From NCBI GenBank assembly GCA_965261595.1, contig CBDHDG010000007.1:1-64000 (forward strand): 64,000 bases of DNA, read 5' to 3'. Both the position numbers and the translations under genes were made by a program. Within the stretch, counting starts at the first letter, position 1; each line of letters begins with the position of its first letter. This document shows, piece after piece, positions 21,563 to 31,756 of the stretch. The stretch comes from a bacterium (GTDB lineage: Bacteria; UBA8248; JACPRG01; G963555815). The notes under the pieces were generated by a model that was given only the letters and a program-made list of their open reading frames with translations, did not search any database and was not told where the DNA came from.

Positions 21563-22555
21563 TCACGCATCCCGGTATTTGTCGACGATGTGCTTTTGGA
21601 TGAGGTCAAGCTGATCGATCTCGTCGGTGATCGGGTTGAGAATCAGGTACTGCGTCCCCAGCTTGACATATTCGTCAATGCGACGGTGCACATCGTCCAG
21701 ATCGCCGAACAGGTAAGAAGACATCAAGTGGTCCAGCCCCCGGTGGGCGCCCATCATGACCTCGAAGTGCTTCCGCTGAACGTCGAGACATTTATCCCGG
21801 TCGGAGTCCTCGACCACATGGAGGAACTGGCTGGCGACGTACTTAAGCGTGGCCGGGTCGCGGCCGTTTTCGGTCAGGTATTCCTTCACGATCCTGTAGT
21901 CGTCGACGATGTCCTCCACGCCGCTGCCGCTGGAGCGGACGATCCAGGCGTCCGCGCCGAGAATCCGCTTCAGGACGCCGGGCTGGATGATCGTAGACTC
22001 GGGCGCGCCGGGGGCATGGGTCGCGGCCCCGCCAGCCACCCACACCTCCGGCATCTTGGGCGGCAGGGGATCGAAATCCACGTCCTCGAAGCTGTAATAC
22101 TTGCCTTGATAGGAACAGCGCCCTTCGGTGAGGAGCTTGCGCGTGGCCTCCAGGACCTCGTCCGTCCGCGGGCCTCGCTGGGAGAGCTTGACGTTCATGA
22201 CTTCGTATTCTTTCCGGTCCCAGCCCGCGCCGACGCCGTAGAGGTACCGGCCGCCGGAGAGAAAATCAAGCGTCGCCACCTCTTTGGCCAAAAGGACGGG
22301 ATGCCGGAAGGGCAGGACGAGGATCGCCGTGCCGATCTTGATGGACTTCGTGCACCCGGCGACATAGGCCAGGGTCAACAGGGGATCGAGCCAGGAGACC
22401 GCGTAGATGAGGGGCGTTTTCAGAAAGTGGTCGATGACCCAGCAGGCGTCAAAGCCCAGGTCTTCGCACCGCTGGACGTAATCGCGCAGCTTCGCGCTGC
22501 GCTCGTGAGTCAGCTCCGGCCATGCGATGGATGGGATCCTGATTCCGAATTGCAT
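21563..22555 (-). CDS. LLM-class flavin-dependent oxidoreductase
   Basis: GFDACWVIDH, RHPVLLAKEVATLDFLSGGR. Confidence 0.85.
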   Translation of the reverse strand: MQFGIRIPSIAWPELTHERSAKLRDYVQRCEDLGFDACWVIDHFLKTPLIYAVSWLDPLLTLAYVAGCTKSIKIGTAILVLPFRHPVLLAKEVATLDFLSGGRYLYGVGAGWDRKEYEVMNVKLSQRGPRTDEVLEATRKLLTEGRCSYQGKYYSFEDVDFDPLPPKMPEVWVAGGAATHAPGAPESTIIQPGVLKRILGADAWIVRSSGSGVEDIVDDYRIVKEYLTENGRDPATLKYVASQFLHVVEDSDRDKCLDVQRKHFEVMMGAHRGLDHLMSSYLFGDLDDVHRRIDEYVKLGTQYLILNPITDEIDQLDLIQKHIVDKYRDA

Positions 22556-22597
22556 GATTCAGTTTCTCCTGTAAAAAATGACGGAATGAAAAGCTTT

Positions 22598-22735
22598 AAT
22601 CCACAGATTACACAGATTGCACAGATTAAAAAACAAGGCCGAACCCTTTAAGGAATCAAAGGCGGAACGCTCCAAAGTCTAAAACCGTTCTTAGCAATCG
22701 GTTCTTGAGTTTTTCATCCGTGTCATCTGTGGATT
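22598..22735. repeat. Intergenic inverted-repeat element built from ~9-bp cacagatt units
   Basis: aatccacagattacacagattgcacagatt pairs with atccgtgtcatctgtggatt. Confidence 0.6.
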
Positions 22736-22765
22736 CCGATTTTTCTGATCTTCAAGATCCGCGGG

Positions 22766-23110
22766 TCAGCCGGGCGGCCACCCGAACGTCCGGCCGCCCA
22801 GCAGGTGAAGGTGGATGTGATAGACCGTTTGTCCCGCGCCGGCGTTGCAATTGAAGACAAGACGAAATCCGTCGGCCAGACCCCGCTCCCTCGCGATATC
22901 GGCGGCCTTCAAGTGGAGATGCCCGACGAGCGCGGCGTCTTCCGGCGCGAGGTCGAGGACGGTCGCGATATGCGTTTTGGGAATCAGCAGAATATGCGTC
23001 GGCGCCTGGGGATTGATGTCCTCGATGGCGATGCATTGCTCGTCCTCATAAACCTTGGCGGCGGGGATTGACCCCTCGATGATTTTGCAGAAGAGGCAAT
23101 CCTCATCCAT
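22766..23110 (-). CDS. Histidine triad (HIT) nucleotide-binding protein
   Basis: DCLFCKI, AGQTVYHIHLHLLGGR. Confidence 0.9.
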   Translation of the reverse strand: MDEDCLFCKIIEGSIPAAKVYEDEQCIAIEDINPQAPTHILLIPKTHIATVLDLAPEDAALVGHLHLKAADIARERGLADGFRLVFNCNAGAGQTVYHIHLHLLGGRTFGWPPG

Positions 23111-23269
23111 CAGCGCGCACCCCGCGTGGAATATTATCCATCTTCCCCGGAACTTCGGGCACGCTAACAAAGCCGGCCGGGCCGGGTCAAGTCCGCCCGG
23201 CGCGCACACGCTCTTTTTCAATATTCGAGCAAGAACCGCGGGACTGTGCGCGATGTTCGGGAATACCCG

Positions 23270-23430
23270 GAGCCATGCGGAAGTTGGCCCTGGGATCGGA
23301 CACCGAACTGGGCGCGGACCCCTATGAGCGCGAGAACGGCGTCCAGCGCGGCCGCCACCTCCGGGCCGGGGACATCATCCGCTGCGAGATCGAGAAAATC
23401 GGCGTCCTTGGAAATCCGATGGGCGGCTGA
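23270..23430 (+). pseudogene. Fumarylacetoacetate-hydrolase-family remnant
   Basis: HLRAGDIIRCEIEKIGVLGNP matches the FAH C-terminus; no intact ORF. Confidence 0.5.
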
Positions 23431-23659
23431 CCCGAATTTCTCACCGCCCAGTCAACGCATGAGGCGGCGAGGGGTCGATGTCCGAGGAGGTCAAAAAAAG
23501 CCTTCACTTTTATTTGATCTTCATTTTCAACTTCTTAACTCCAGGCTGTTCATATTTTACTTGACACCGTTTGCCGCATCCTAAGAAAATTTCGGGGAAA
23601 GGTCGTGGAGTGCGAAGCGGTCGAGCGTCGCACAGGTCAGAGAAATTCGATCGGGAAGG

Positions 23660-24863
23660 ATGCTCCGAATGATGAGAAGAGAAGCTTTTCAGGGAAGGCG
23701 ATGGGCCGCGTTTTTCGCAGCCTTCGCGATATTTGTTTTGTCCATGCCCGTTGCCGCTGGACCTGTTATGGCTGACACATTTTCCGCCAGCGTTGCCGGT
23801 GTCACAGTCGAAGTTTTGGATACCGATGACTTTGAAGACACGGTAACGGTGGATATTTCGGGGATGGGTAATTTCACGTATACGGAGCGCACAGACGACC
23901 TCATAGACGTAACCACGGATTTTTCCGGGACAACTGCCAGCGGAACGGGTCTCACGGAAGAGCAGGCCGTCGATTTTGTTATTGCGGAGCTCAAAAAGGT
24001 GTTGTTGGGATTATCCAATTCGCAGACCGCGGGCGCATCGGGTCTTTCGACCACGCAAAACACGCAAAACACTGTCTTCGACAACGCCATTGCTCCCCGC
24101 ACGCCAACCCGTTTTGGAAACGAAGGAGCGGGAGGCGGAAAAGGAGGAAGGAAAAACCATCCAGAAGCTGCCGAGCTCAGTCGGGGCCCTCATGAAGTTC
24201 GAATCCTTCTCTTTTGCGGGACGGAGCGGATTCAAATTCGGAACAACGTTCGGGTATGAATATGAAGAGGACAGAATTCAGGCGGGAATTCTTCTCCCTT
24301 ACGATTTTGTGAAGTCAAACGATGCGAATCTGGAGTTCCACCGCCTCGGCCCGGTCCCATATGCCAATTATGCCCTTCTGACGGAAGGTCCCGACCCATT
24401 GACCCTCCGGTTGGGCGCCTTCGCCAGTCTGATTGGAGTCATGAACGCGGGAACCAGCTCCGGCAATAACACGGTGACATTTAGTGGAGGGCCTTCCATC
24501 AGCGCGGAGAAAGAGTTCAAGGCCGTCATCGTGAAAGGCCTCATTGATAGCTTCATCACAACGTTCGGCTTCGGATTCACATTTTCCAGCAATAACCAAA
24601 AGGACTCGAAGGTTCAATCGTCGATCAAGACGGGCCTCAATGTCGGGGTTCCGATTGGGGACAATTACGTTGCCAACGTGCACACCAACTATAACGTCCA
24701 GGTGGAGCCGGATTCGCTCGATCGCGATTACTACAACCTGGGCGGAGAATTAAGCGTGTACTTCACCAGGCTCATCTCCGCGACCGCGGGGTTCAAGTCC
24801 GTTCTGGGGCTCGCTGACTTCACGTCCTATGAGGGCTACCTGGGAGGCATATTGAAGTTCTAG
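23660..24863 (+). CDS. Exported protein with probable outer-membrane beta-barrel C-terminus, frameshift near 24110
   Basis: Signal peptide in ORF 23660; amphipathic beta strands and terminal Phe in ORF 23976-24863. Confidence 0.6.
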
Positions 24864-25081
24864 CAGGCTGCGGAAAAACGATTCTGAGGGGTCTGAAATA
24901 CCCCAATCTGTCATTCCGAGGGCAGCGATGAATCTCCACCGGAGTTAGCCTAATTCATGCAACCGATTCACAAACAACGTGTTGCAAGCTTGAGCAGATT
25001 CCTCGCTTCGTTCGGAATGACAGCGCGTAAGGTCCGACTCTTGGGCAAAACACCAGACCATCGGAGTTTTTCCGCAACCTG
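24864..25081. mobile_element. MITE (IS5-like ends, CTAG flanks) enclosing a REP-like palindrome pair
   Basis: ctag|caggctgcggaaaaac ... gtttttccgcaacctg|ctag; internal ctgtcattccga (24908) / tcggaatgacag (25012). Confidence 0.7.
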
Positions 25082-25084
25082 CTA

Positions 25085-26117
25085 GTGTATCGTCCTTTAA
25101 ATAAGTTATTTAAGTATACGGCCCAATCTGGTATCTTCCCCTCGAAAGGAGGATGCCCATGCGACTCGGACGACCCATGCCCCCGGTGGACCTGACGGAC
25201 GGACAGCGCGAACAACTTCAGGCCCTGGGCGCCTCCCGCCCCTTCCCTCACGGCCTGGTGAGGCGGGCGCGGATTGTGCTCCTGGCCGCCCGCGCTCGAT
25301 CTCCGATGAACGGGTCGCCGAGGCGGACCGAAAGACCCTGAAGACCAAGCCGCCCGACGGCACCCATTGGAGCTGCCGCACCCTGGCCGAGGCGACTGGC
25401 CTTTCCAAATCCACGGTCAATCGCATCTGGCGGGCCTTCGCCCTTCAGCCCCATCGCCAAAAGCATTTCAAGCTCTCCACCGACCCCTTCTTTGTCGAGA
25501 AGGTCCGCGACATCGTGAGGCTCTACCTCAATCCGCCCGACAAGGCGCTGGTCTTGTGCGTGGACGAAAAAAGCCAGATCCAGGCCCTGGACCGCACCCA
25601 GCCCCTTTTGCCCCTGGGTCTGGGCTATGTCGAGGGCGTGACGCACGACTATGTTCGCAACGGCATCACGACGCTGTTCGTGGCGCTGGACATCGCCACC
25701 GGAGAGGTGCTCGGGCAATGCAAACGCCGTCATCGTCACCAGGAATTCCTTGCGTTCCTGCGCCACATCGACGCCAACGTCCCTGCGGATTTAGCGCTCC
25801 ACCTCATTGTGGACAACTACGCCACGCACAAGCACGCCAAGGTGCGAGCGTGGCTGGCGGCGCGCCCGCGCTATCATGTGCACTACACGCCCACCTACGC
25901 CTCGTGGCTGAATCAGGTGGAGATTTGGTTTGACCTCATCACCCAACGGGTCATCCGCCGCGGGACGTTTCGGAGTGTGAAGGACTTGGTTGACAACATT
26001 GAAGCGTTTGTCCAACAGTACAATGCGAAAGCCACTCCGTTTAGGTGGGTCGCCACGGCCGATTCGATCTTCGAGAAACTCGGACGACTTTGTAAATGTA
26101 TTTCCGGGACGCGACAC
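25085..26117 (+). mobile_element. IS630-family element with degraded transposase
   Basis: TA flanks, ends gtgtatcgtcc / ggacgcgacac; CVDEKSQIQAL, DNYATH, SWLNQVE motifs. Confidence 0.85.
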
Positions 26118-26120
26118 TAG
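25153..26120 (+). pseudogene. IS630 transposase, N-terminal HTH region internally deleted and frameshifted
   Basis: VRRARIVLLAA fragment followed by a frame break; DDE part intact at 25515-26120. Confidence 0.75.
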
Positions 26121-26287
26121 TGGTTGGAACCGTTGTTCCTCTGGGGATGATTCTGGGCGCGTTTTCCGCCAGCGACCCCGCTCTCTGCGCGGCGCTCCTG
26201 GTCATCGCGGGGGTGCTGGTCCAGCTCGGGAACTTCTACTCCAAGTATTGCGTCCTCAAAGCGGCGATGTTCGCGCCGACTCTTTGA
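26118..26287 (+). pseudogene. C-terminal fragment of an NrfD/PsrC-like membrane protein
   Basis: LVVGTVVPL...AGVLVQLGNFYSKYCVLKAAM begins right at the IS630 end. Confidence 0.5.
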
Positions 26288-26421
26288 GGCGTCTCCGACG
26301 CCTACTAACCCGAACAGGTCTAACCCGTTTCCGAAGGGGTGAGTCCGCACGGGCCGGGATGGGAAAGGCCCGTGCGGACTGCACGCGAGGAAGTAGGACG
26401 CCCGGGTGTTGATTCACTCCC

Positions 26422-27462
26422 CTACCGCTTCACCATGATTTTGGGGAGGAACGCCGTCGTGTAGAGGTCGTCCAGGGCGGGTTTGACCTTGAGGCCGCTG
26501 GCTTCCACCATGATGTCCCGCGTGAAGGCGACCTTCTTCCGGTCGAGGAATCCGATCCTGTTTTTCTTCGCCCCGTCGTCGAACAGGTACTCGACGGCGA
26601 CAGCCCAGTGCTTCAGCGCGGTGTCCCGGTTCAGAACGGGCATCTCCTTGAGGATGGTGTCCACGGCCTCCTCCGGATGCTTGACGGACCACGCCAAGCC
26701 CTTGTACATCCCCCGAAGAAAGCGCCTCACCTCATCCGGCTTGCTCGCGATCTTGGAATCCGTCGCCGACATGCTGTTCGAATAGATGTCGAGCCCGAGA
26801 TCGGCGAACCGGAACACATTGAGCTTCTTGCCCGCCTGCACCGCTCCCTTCTGCAGACTCACCAGGTTCGGGGCGTACATGCCGGTGCAATCCACTTTCC
26901 CCGACAGGAAGGCCGCGCCGATCGAGCCGGGATTCATGAACTGCCACTTCACCTTGTCGGGGTCGACGCCGTTCTTTCGGGCGAGGGCCGGGAACACCCT
27001 GTGGGTCGAGCTGAACGCGGAGTCCGCACAGGTCCGTCCCTCAAAATCCTTGAGGGATTGGATCGGACCATTCTTGAAGCTCACGACGGTCATGACCGTC
27101 TTGGCATGGAAGGCGCCGAGGAGTTTGACCTTCATCCCCTTGGCCCTGAAGATCACCACCGTCCCCGCATCCGGGTTCGCATAGTCCGCCTTGCCTGTTG
27201 TGAGCCGCTTGATGCTGTCCGCGGATCCCTTTCCCCGGAGGATCTTGACCGTCAGGCCTTGCTCCTTCAGGAAACCCTTGGCCTTGGCGGCAAAGAACCC
27301 GGCATCCCGTCCATAAGGAACCCAGTCCAGGGAGAAGACGACATTCTCGGCCCCCGACGAAAGCGGGATCCCTCCGATGAGGAAGAACGCCATGGCAACG
27401 GTTGCCAGGGCTTTGAAAGACGCAACGCGTTTCAAAAGACCCACAACGGTTTTTCCGAACAT
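26422..27462 (-). CDS. NMT1/THI5-like ABC substrate-binding protein
   Basis: Signal peptide, LDWVPYG, RGKGSAD, GLDIYSN. Confidence 0.85.
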   Translation of the reverse strand: MFGKTVVGLLKRVASFKALATVAMAFFLIGGIPLSSGAENVVFSLDWVPYGRDAGFFAAKAKGFLKEQGLTVKILRGKGSADSIKRLTTGKADYANPDAGTVVIFRAKGMKVKLLGAFHAKTVMTVVSFKNGPIQSLKDFEGRTCADSAFSSTHRVFPALARKNGVDPDKVKWQFMNPGSIGAAFLSGKVDCTGMYAPNLVSLQKGAVQAGKKLNVFRFADLGLDIYSNSMSATDSKIASKPDEVRRFLRGMYKGLAWSVKHPEEAVDTILKEMPVLNRDTALKHWAVAVEYLFDDGAKKNRIGFLDRKKVAFTRDIMVEASGLKVKPALDDLYTTAFLPKIMVKR

Positions 27463-27650
27463 GTCCGAATCGCTCCTTCCAGAACTTCATTGGACCTGTG
27501 TCGTGAGGACAAACTGCCTGCCCGTCGGCGTTCATCCCAACCTCGAAAGGATGTCTTGCTTGTGTGGCTCCTTCTCAATCTTGCGTCTCGACCCCGCCTC
27601 CACATTGAAACCTGGCGGAGGTCTCCGAAATAAGATCTCCCGGAGAACAG

Positions 27651-29195
27651 TTACTTGGGAAGGTCCCAGCTCTCCTCTATCGGGTAGGTCAGCCGATCGA
27701 GCTTTCGCGGCAGATACCGGCCGTGGCCGTGTTCTCCGCTCACCTGGCTCCCTTCAAAGATGACTTTGCCCCTGGAGATCGTCATCGAGGGCCATCCCTT
27801 GATCCTTCGGCCTTCGAAAATGGTGAAGTCGGCGTAGGAGTGCATGATGTCCGCCGTGTAGGTCACCTCCTTGTCCATATCCAGAACGACCAGGTCGGCG
27901 TCCGCCCCCACCATCAGGGTTCCCTTCTTGGGATAGAGGCCGAACGTCTTGGCCGGGTTCTCGCAGCAGATCTCCACGAGACGCTCCATGGAGATCCGGC
28001 CCTTGTGCACCCCCTCGCTCAGCATGTGCGGGAGGAGGGTCTGCATCCCGACGAACCCCGACCCCGTCGACCAGACGTCTTCAAGCGGGTCCGTAGTACG
28101 GTCCCCGGTGTCTCCCCGGACGAACTTCTCATGGATGCTGGTGACAACGTGGTCGGTGCCCATGCACTGGATGCGCCCGTCCATCACCGCCTGCCAGAGG
28201 GCCTCGTTGTGGCGCCCGTCCCGGATGGGGGGATTGACCTTGAGGGCCCTGGCGTTGGGTTTTCCGGCGATGGCCGGCTCGTCATTCTTGGTCATGAAAA
28301 GGTACTGCGGACAGGTCTCCACGGTGATCCGGCAGCCCTTTGCCCGCATCTCATCGCAGGCCTCGAGGCCGTCGGCGGTGGAGAGGTGAAGGATATAGAA
28401 GCGGCACCCGGCCTTCATGGAGAAGAGACCATACCGGAGGATGTGCTCGGCCTCGCACCAGGGAGGGCACCGGTCCGTCCAGGCCGGTCCATCCGTGCGG
28501 CCTTCCTTCTGAAGCCGCTTCATGACGGCCGTCGCCACCTCGGTGTTCTCGTTGTGAATGAGGGCCAGGCCGGCGACGCCAAGCTTGCCGATCTGCTCGA
28601 AGCCCGACCAGAACAACCCGTCGTCGAATTCCCCGGGCATCCCCATCCGGTTCTTCCACTTGGGCGCCACGTTCGCGGTCTTCGGCTCTCTGAGGTTGGC
28701 GTAGAACTTCCAGGAAGGAATCCCGTACTTCCGGGCGGCGTTGGGGATATCGTCGCATTGCTCGTCCATGCTGATGTAGGGGGTGTAGAAGAAGTCGATG
28801 ATCGAGGATTCCTCCCCGATCTCCCGCGCCACGGGAAGCCGCTCCGTCCACGGACGGGCGTCCTCCTCGGTGACGAATTCCTTGTATTCCCGGTCGGCCC
28901 GGCCCGCGCCGTGCATGATCCCTATGGTTGTAACGCCCCCCACGGCGGAGCCGGGGGTTTCCGTCCGGAAGTCCTGTTCGAGGAGGTATTTTCCGCCGAT
29001 GTGGGTGTGCGGATCCACAACGCCGGGAATGACATAGCGCCCCTCTACGTCGATGACCCGCTCAGCCGGGGTGTCGTCCCGCTCGGAGACGATGCCCGCG
29101 ATTCGATCGTCCTTGATCTGGATGTTTCCCGTGTAAACCCCAGCCGTTGAAACGATCCGGGCATTCCGAACGACGATGTCCAACTTGGCCATCAT
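27651..29195 (-). CDS. Cyclic amidohydrolase, paralogue of 5187-6668
   Basis: PGVVDPHTH, HNEN, LHLS, KVNPPIR, GTDHVVTS. Confidence 0.85.
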   Translation of the reverse strand: MMAKLDIVVRNARIVSTAGVYTGNIQIKDDRIAGIVSERDDTPAERVIDVEGRYVIPGVVDPHTHIGGKYLLEQDFRTETPGSAVGGVTTIGIMHGAGRADREYKEFVTEEDARPWTERLPVAREIGEESSIIDFFYTPYISMDEQCDDIPNAARKYGIPSWKFYANLREPKTANVAPKWKNRMGMPGEFDDGLFWSGFEQIGKLGVAGLALIHNENTEVATAVMKRLQKEGRTDGPAWTDRCPPWCEAEHILRYGLFSMKAGCRFYILHLSTADGLEACDEMRAKGCRITVETCPQYLFMTKNDEPAIAGKPNARALKVNPPIRDGRHNEALWQAVMDGRIQCMGTDHVVTSIHEKFVRGDTGDRTTDPLEDVWSTGSGFVGMQTLLPHMLSEGVHKGRISMERLVEICCENPAKTFGLYPKKGTLMVGADADLVVLDMDKEVTYTADIMHSYADFTIFEGRRIKGWPSMTISRGKVIFEGSQVSGEHGHGRYLPRKLDRLTYPIEESWDLPK

Positions 29196-29392
29196 TTCTC
29201 CTTTCAATGATTATCCGGCCGTCGCGGACCGCCTCCCCCCCGTTGAGCAGAATGGTCGGGGGGGAGGGGGAAAGCGGAATCCTGCGGCGGTGCGACGGAT
29301 TGGGTTGAGCCGAATCTCAAGGATGATTGTTTGCATAACCGATAAAGCTTGTCAACACCCCGGGGGAGGCGGCATGCCAAAGGGATTTCGAC

Positions 29393-30300
29393 CGTATTTA
29401 TATACTTGACACAGACGACCACAACATGTAGGTCGCGCCCGCGTCTCGGCTGACCACAAGATGTAGGGGCATGCTTCCATCGATCCGTTTCCAGAAGATG
29501 CGCTCTATCAGATCGTTCGGTTTCATTGATCGATAAAATCCACGCGCTGAATATCGCCCTTTTCATTGAAGTGTAAAAACAACTTTTTGTTTATATGCAA
29601 TGTGTTGTTGGTTTTTCCTTTTCTTCCGTACTTAAACTCAAATTCAAGACCGCCCTCAAAAACGCCGCTTCTCTTCTGCTCTATAGGATATGTAGTGATC
29701 GTCAAACCACCCCATCCCTCCTGCAGGGATGGTATAGCTATTCTTGGCATATGGCTCTTTTGTCGGGTACAACTTATCAAATGTTGAGACGACATTTACA
29801 ACCTCAAATGTCACCGGGAAAAGAGCTTTGTTGTTAAACGTAGCACCAATCCGCAGTGATTTTACTACACCAGCTTTGTCGATTATTCTGTCAGTTCTCA
29901 CACTATGAAAGTTAAGCATATCCGCAACTCTATTACGATACCGCCATTCGCTGAATCGCAACAATCCCATAGAGGAAACTGAAAACAGAATGACCGCTCC
30001 AACATATAGGTTGAACAACTGGATATGTTGCGCAAAACCGATCATGACGCCAGCCGCCGTGACCGCAATGGGCCATATCCAGCTCCGCAGTAATTCACCC
30101 GCCAAAAAGAGGGCGACTTTACGAAGCCAATTGAGCATGATTCAGTCATTGTATGATCCCTCTTCGGTTGAGTCAAGCGCATAATTGCGAATCCAACTCC
30201 ACCATGACTTGAGTTGAAGCATGCCCCTACATCTTGTGGTCAGCCGAGACGCGGGGACGATCTACATGTTGTGGTCGTCTGCGTCAAGTACATAATTCCG
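29393..30300 (-). mobile_element. Non-autonomous 908-bp cassette, copy 2 (inverted)
   Basis: Reverse complement of 8746-9653 with at least two substitutions (T/M codon change; position 30121). Confidence 0.85.
29523..30138 (-). CDS. Passenger gene of cassette copy 2 (same split as copy 1)
   Basis: ORFs 29656-30138 and 29523-29795 match those of copy 1. Confidence 0.6.
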
Positions 30301-30596
30301 GTTTAGTTGGACACTCGATTGAAACATGATGCATGGAGAAAGGAGTATCCGCGTGCGTGAATCGCCCTCAAGTCTATTTCAGTCGCCCGAGAAGTCAGGT
30401 AGGTGAGACTCAAACAGTTGACGGCCCAAAGCGGGGGAGGGTCAAAGTTTCTTCTCCTTAATCCCAGGGAAAGGGGGCGCGCAGTTGGTCTTCAGATTTT
30501 TCCGCGACTTCGAGCGTTGAGGAGGTTTGGCGGACCTTTGGAGTTGACCCGGTATGGTGGACACCTGATGATTTGGGGGTAAAGGAGGTGTTCACG

Positions 30597-30911
30597 ATGC
30601 CACAGACTCACCCACGCTATCCAATGGAGTTCCGCTGCCAGATGGTAGAGTTGGTCCGGGCGGGACGCACGCCAGAGGCGCTGGCGCACGAGTTCGAGCC
30701 CTCGGCGCAGACGATCCGCACCTGGGCCCATCAAGCCGACGTTGACGAGGGGCGTCGCAAAGACGGGCTCACGAGCGATGAGCGGGAGGAGTTGCGCCGA
30801 CTTCGCCGCGAGAACCGACAGCTCCGCCAGGAGCGGGAGATCTTAGCAAAAGCCGCGGCCTGGTTTGCTCGGGAGACCGATTCGATCCCGTCCGGATCTA
30901 CGGGTTCGTGA
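30597..30911 (+). CDS. IS3 transposase OrfA
   Basis: YPMEFRCQMVELV, ELRRLRRENRQL, ILAKAAAWFA. Confidence 0.9.
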   Translation: MPQTHPRYPMEFRCQMVELVRAGRTPEALAHEFEPSAQTIRTWAHQADVDEGRRKDGLTSDEREELRRLRRENRQLRQEREILAKAAAWFARETDSIPSGSTGS

Positions 30912-31756
30912 GGGCGAACCAGGCCATGTATCGGACCGCCACCATGTGCCGGGTGCTGGGCGTCTCCTCCAGCGGCTACTACGCGTGGCGCAGGCGCGCG
31001 CCGTGTGCCCGCTCGTGTGCCGATCGGGCGCTCACCAAACGCATTCAGGCGATCCACGAGCGTTCTCGGGGGACTTACGGCGTGCCGCGCGTCCATGCCG
31101 AGCTGGAGGCTGAGGGAGTGCGTGTGGGCCGCAAGCGCGTCGCCAGGCTGATACGTGGGGCGGGACTTGCGGGCGTCAGTCGGCGCAAGGGAGCGCGCAC
31201 GACGCAGCGCCGGCAGGAGGCGCGGCCGGCCCCTGATCTGGTGGACCGCAACTTCACGGCCGAGGCCCCCGACCGGCTGTGGGTGGCCGACATCACCTAC
31301 GTTCCGACATGGGCGGGGTTTTTGTATCTGGCCGTGGCGCTCGATGCGTTCAGCCGGCGCATCGTGGGGTGGTCGATGGCCACACACCTGCGGGCCGAGT
31401 TGGTGCTCGACGCGCTCGACATGGCGCTGTATAAGCGCCGTCCCCGGGCCGTCATCCACCACTCCGACCAGGGCACGCAGTACACCTCGGTCGCCTTTGG
31501 GCAGCGCTGCCGGCAGGCGGGCGTGCGTCCCTCCATGGGTTCGGTCGGGGACTGCTACGACAACGCGCTGTGTGAGAGTTTTTTCGCCACGCTGGAGTGC
31601 GATCTCCTCGCTCGCCACAGTTTCCGCACCCGGGCCGAGGCGCGCATGGAGGTGTTCGGGTTCATCGAGGGCTTCTACAACCCGCATCGTCGGCACTCCT
31701 CCATCGACAACCTGTCACCCGTTAACTACGAAAGGAGACAACAACGCACACCCTGA
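30908..31756 (+). CDS. IS3 transposase OrfB (DDE)
   Basis: WVADITY, HHSDQGTQY, DNALCESFF. Confidence 0.9.
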   Translation: MRANQAMYRTATMCRVLGVSSSGYYAWRRRAPCARSCADRALTKRIQAIHERSRGTYGVPRVHAELEAEGVRVGRKRVARLIRGAGLAGVSRRKGARTTQRRQEARPAPDLVDRNFTAEAPDRLWVADITYVPTWAGFLYLAVALDAFSRRIVGWSMATHLRAELVLDALDMALYKRRPRAVIHHSDQGTQYTSVAFGQRCRQAGVRPSMGSVGDCYDNALCESFFATLECDLLARHSFRTRAEARMEVFGFIEGFYNPHRRHSSIDNLSPVNYERRQQRTP

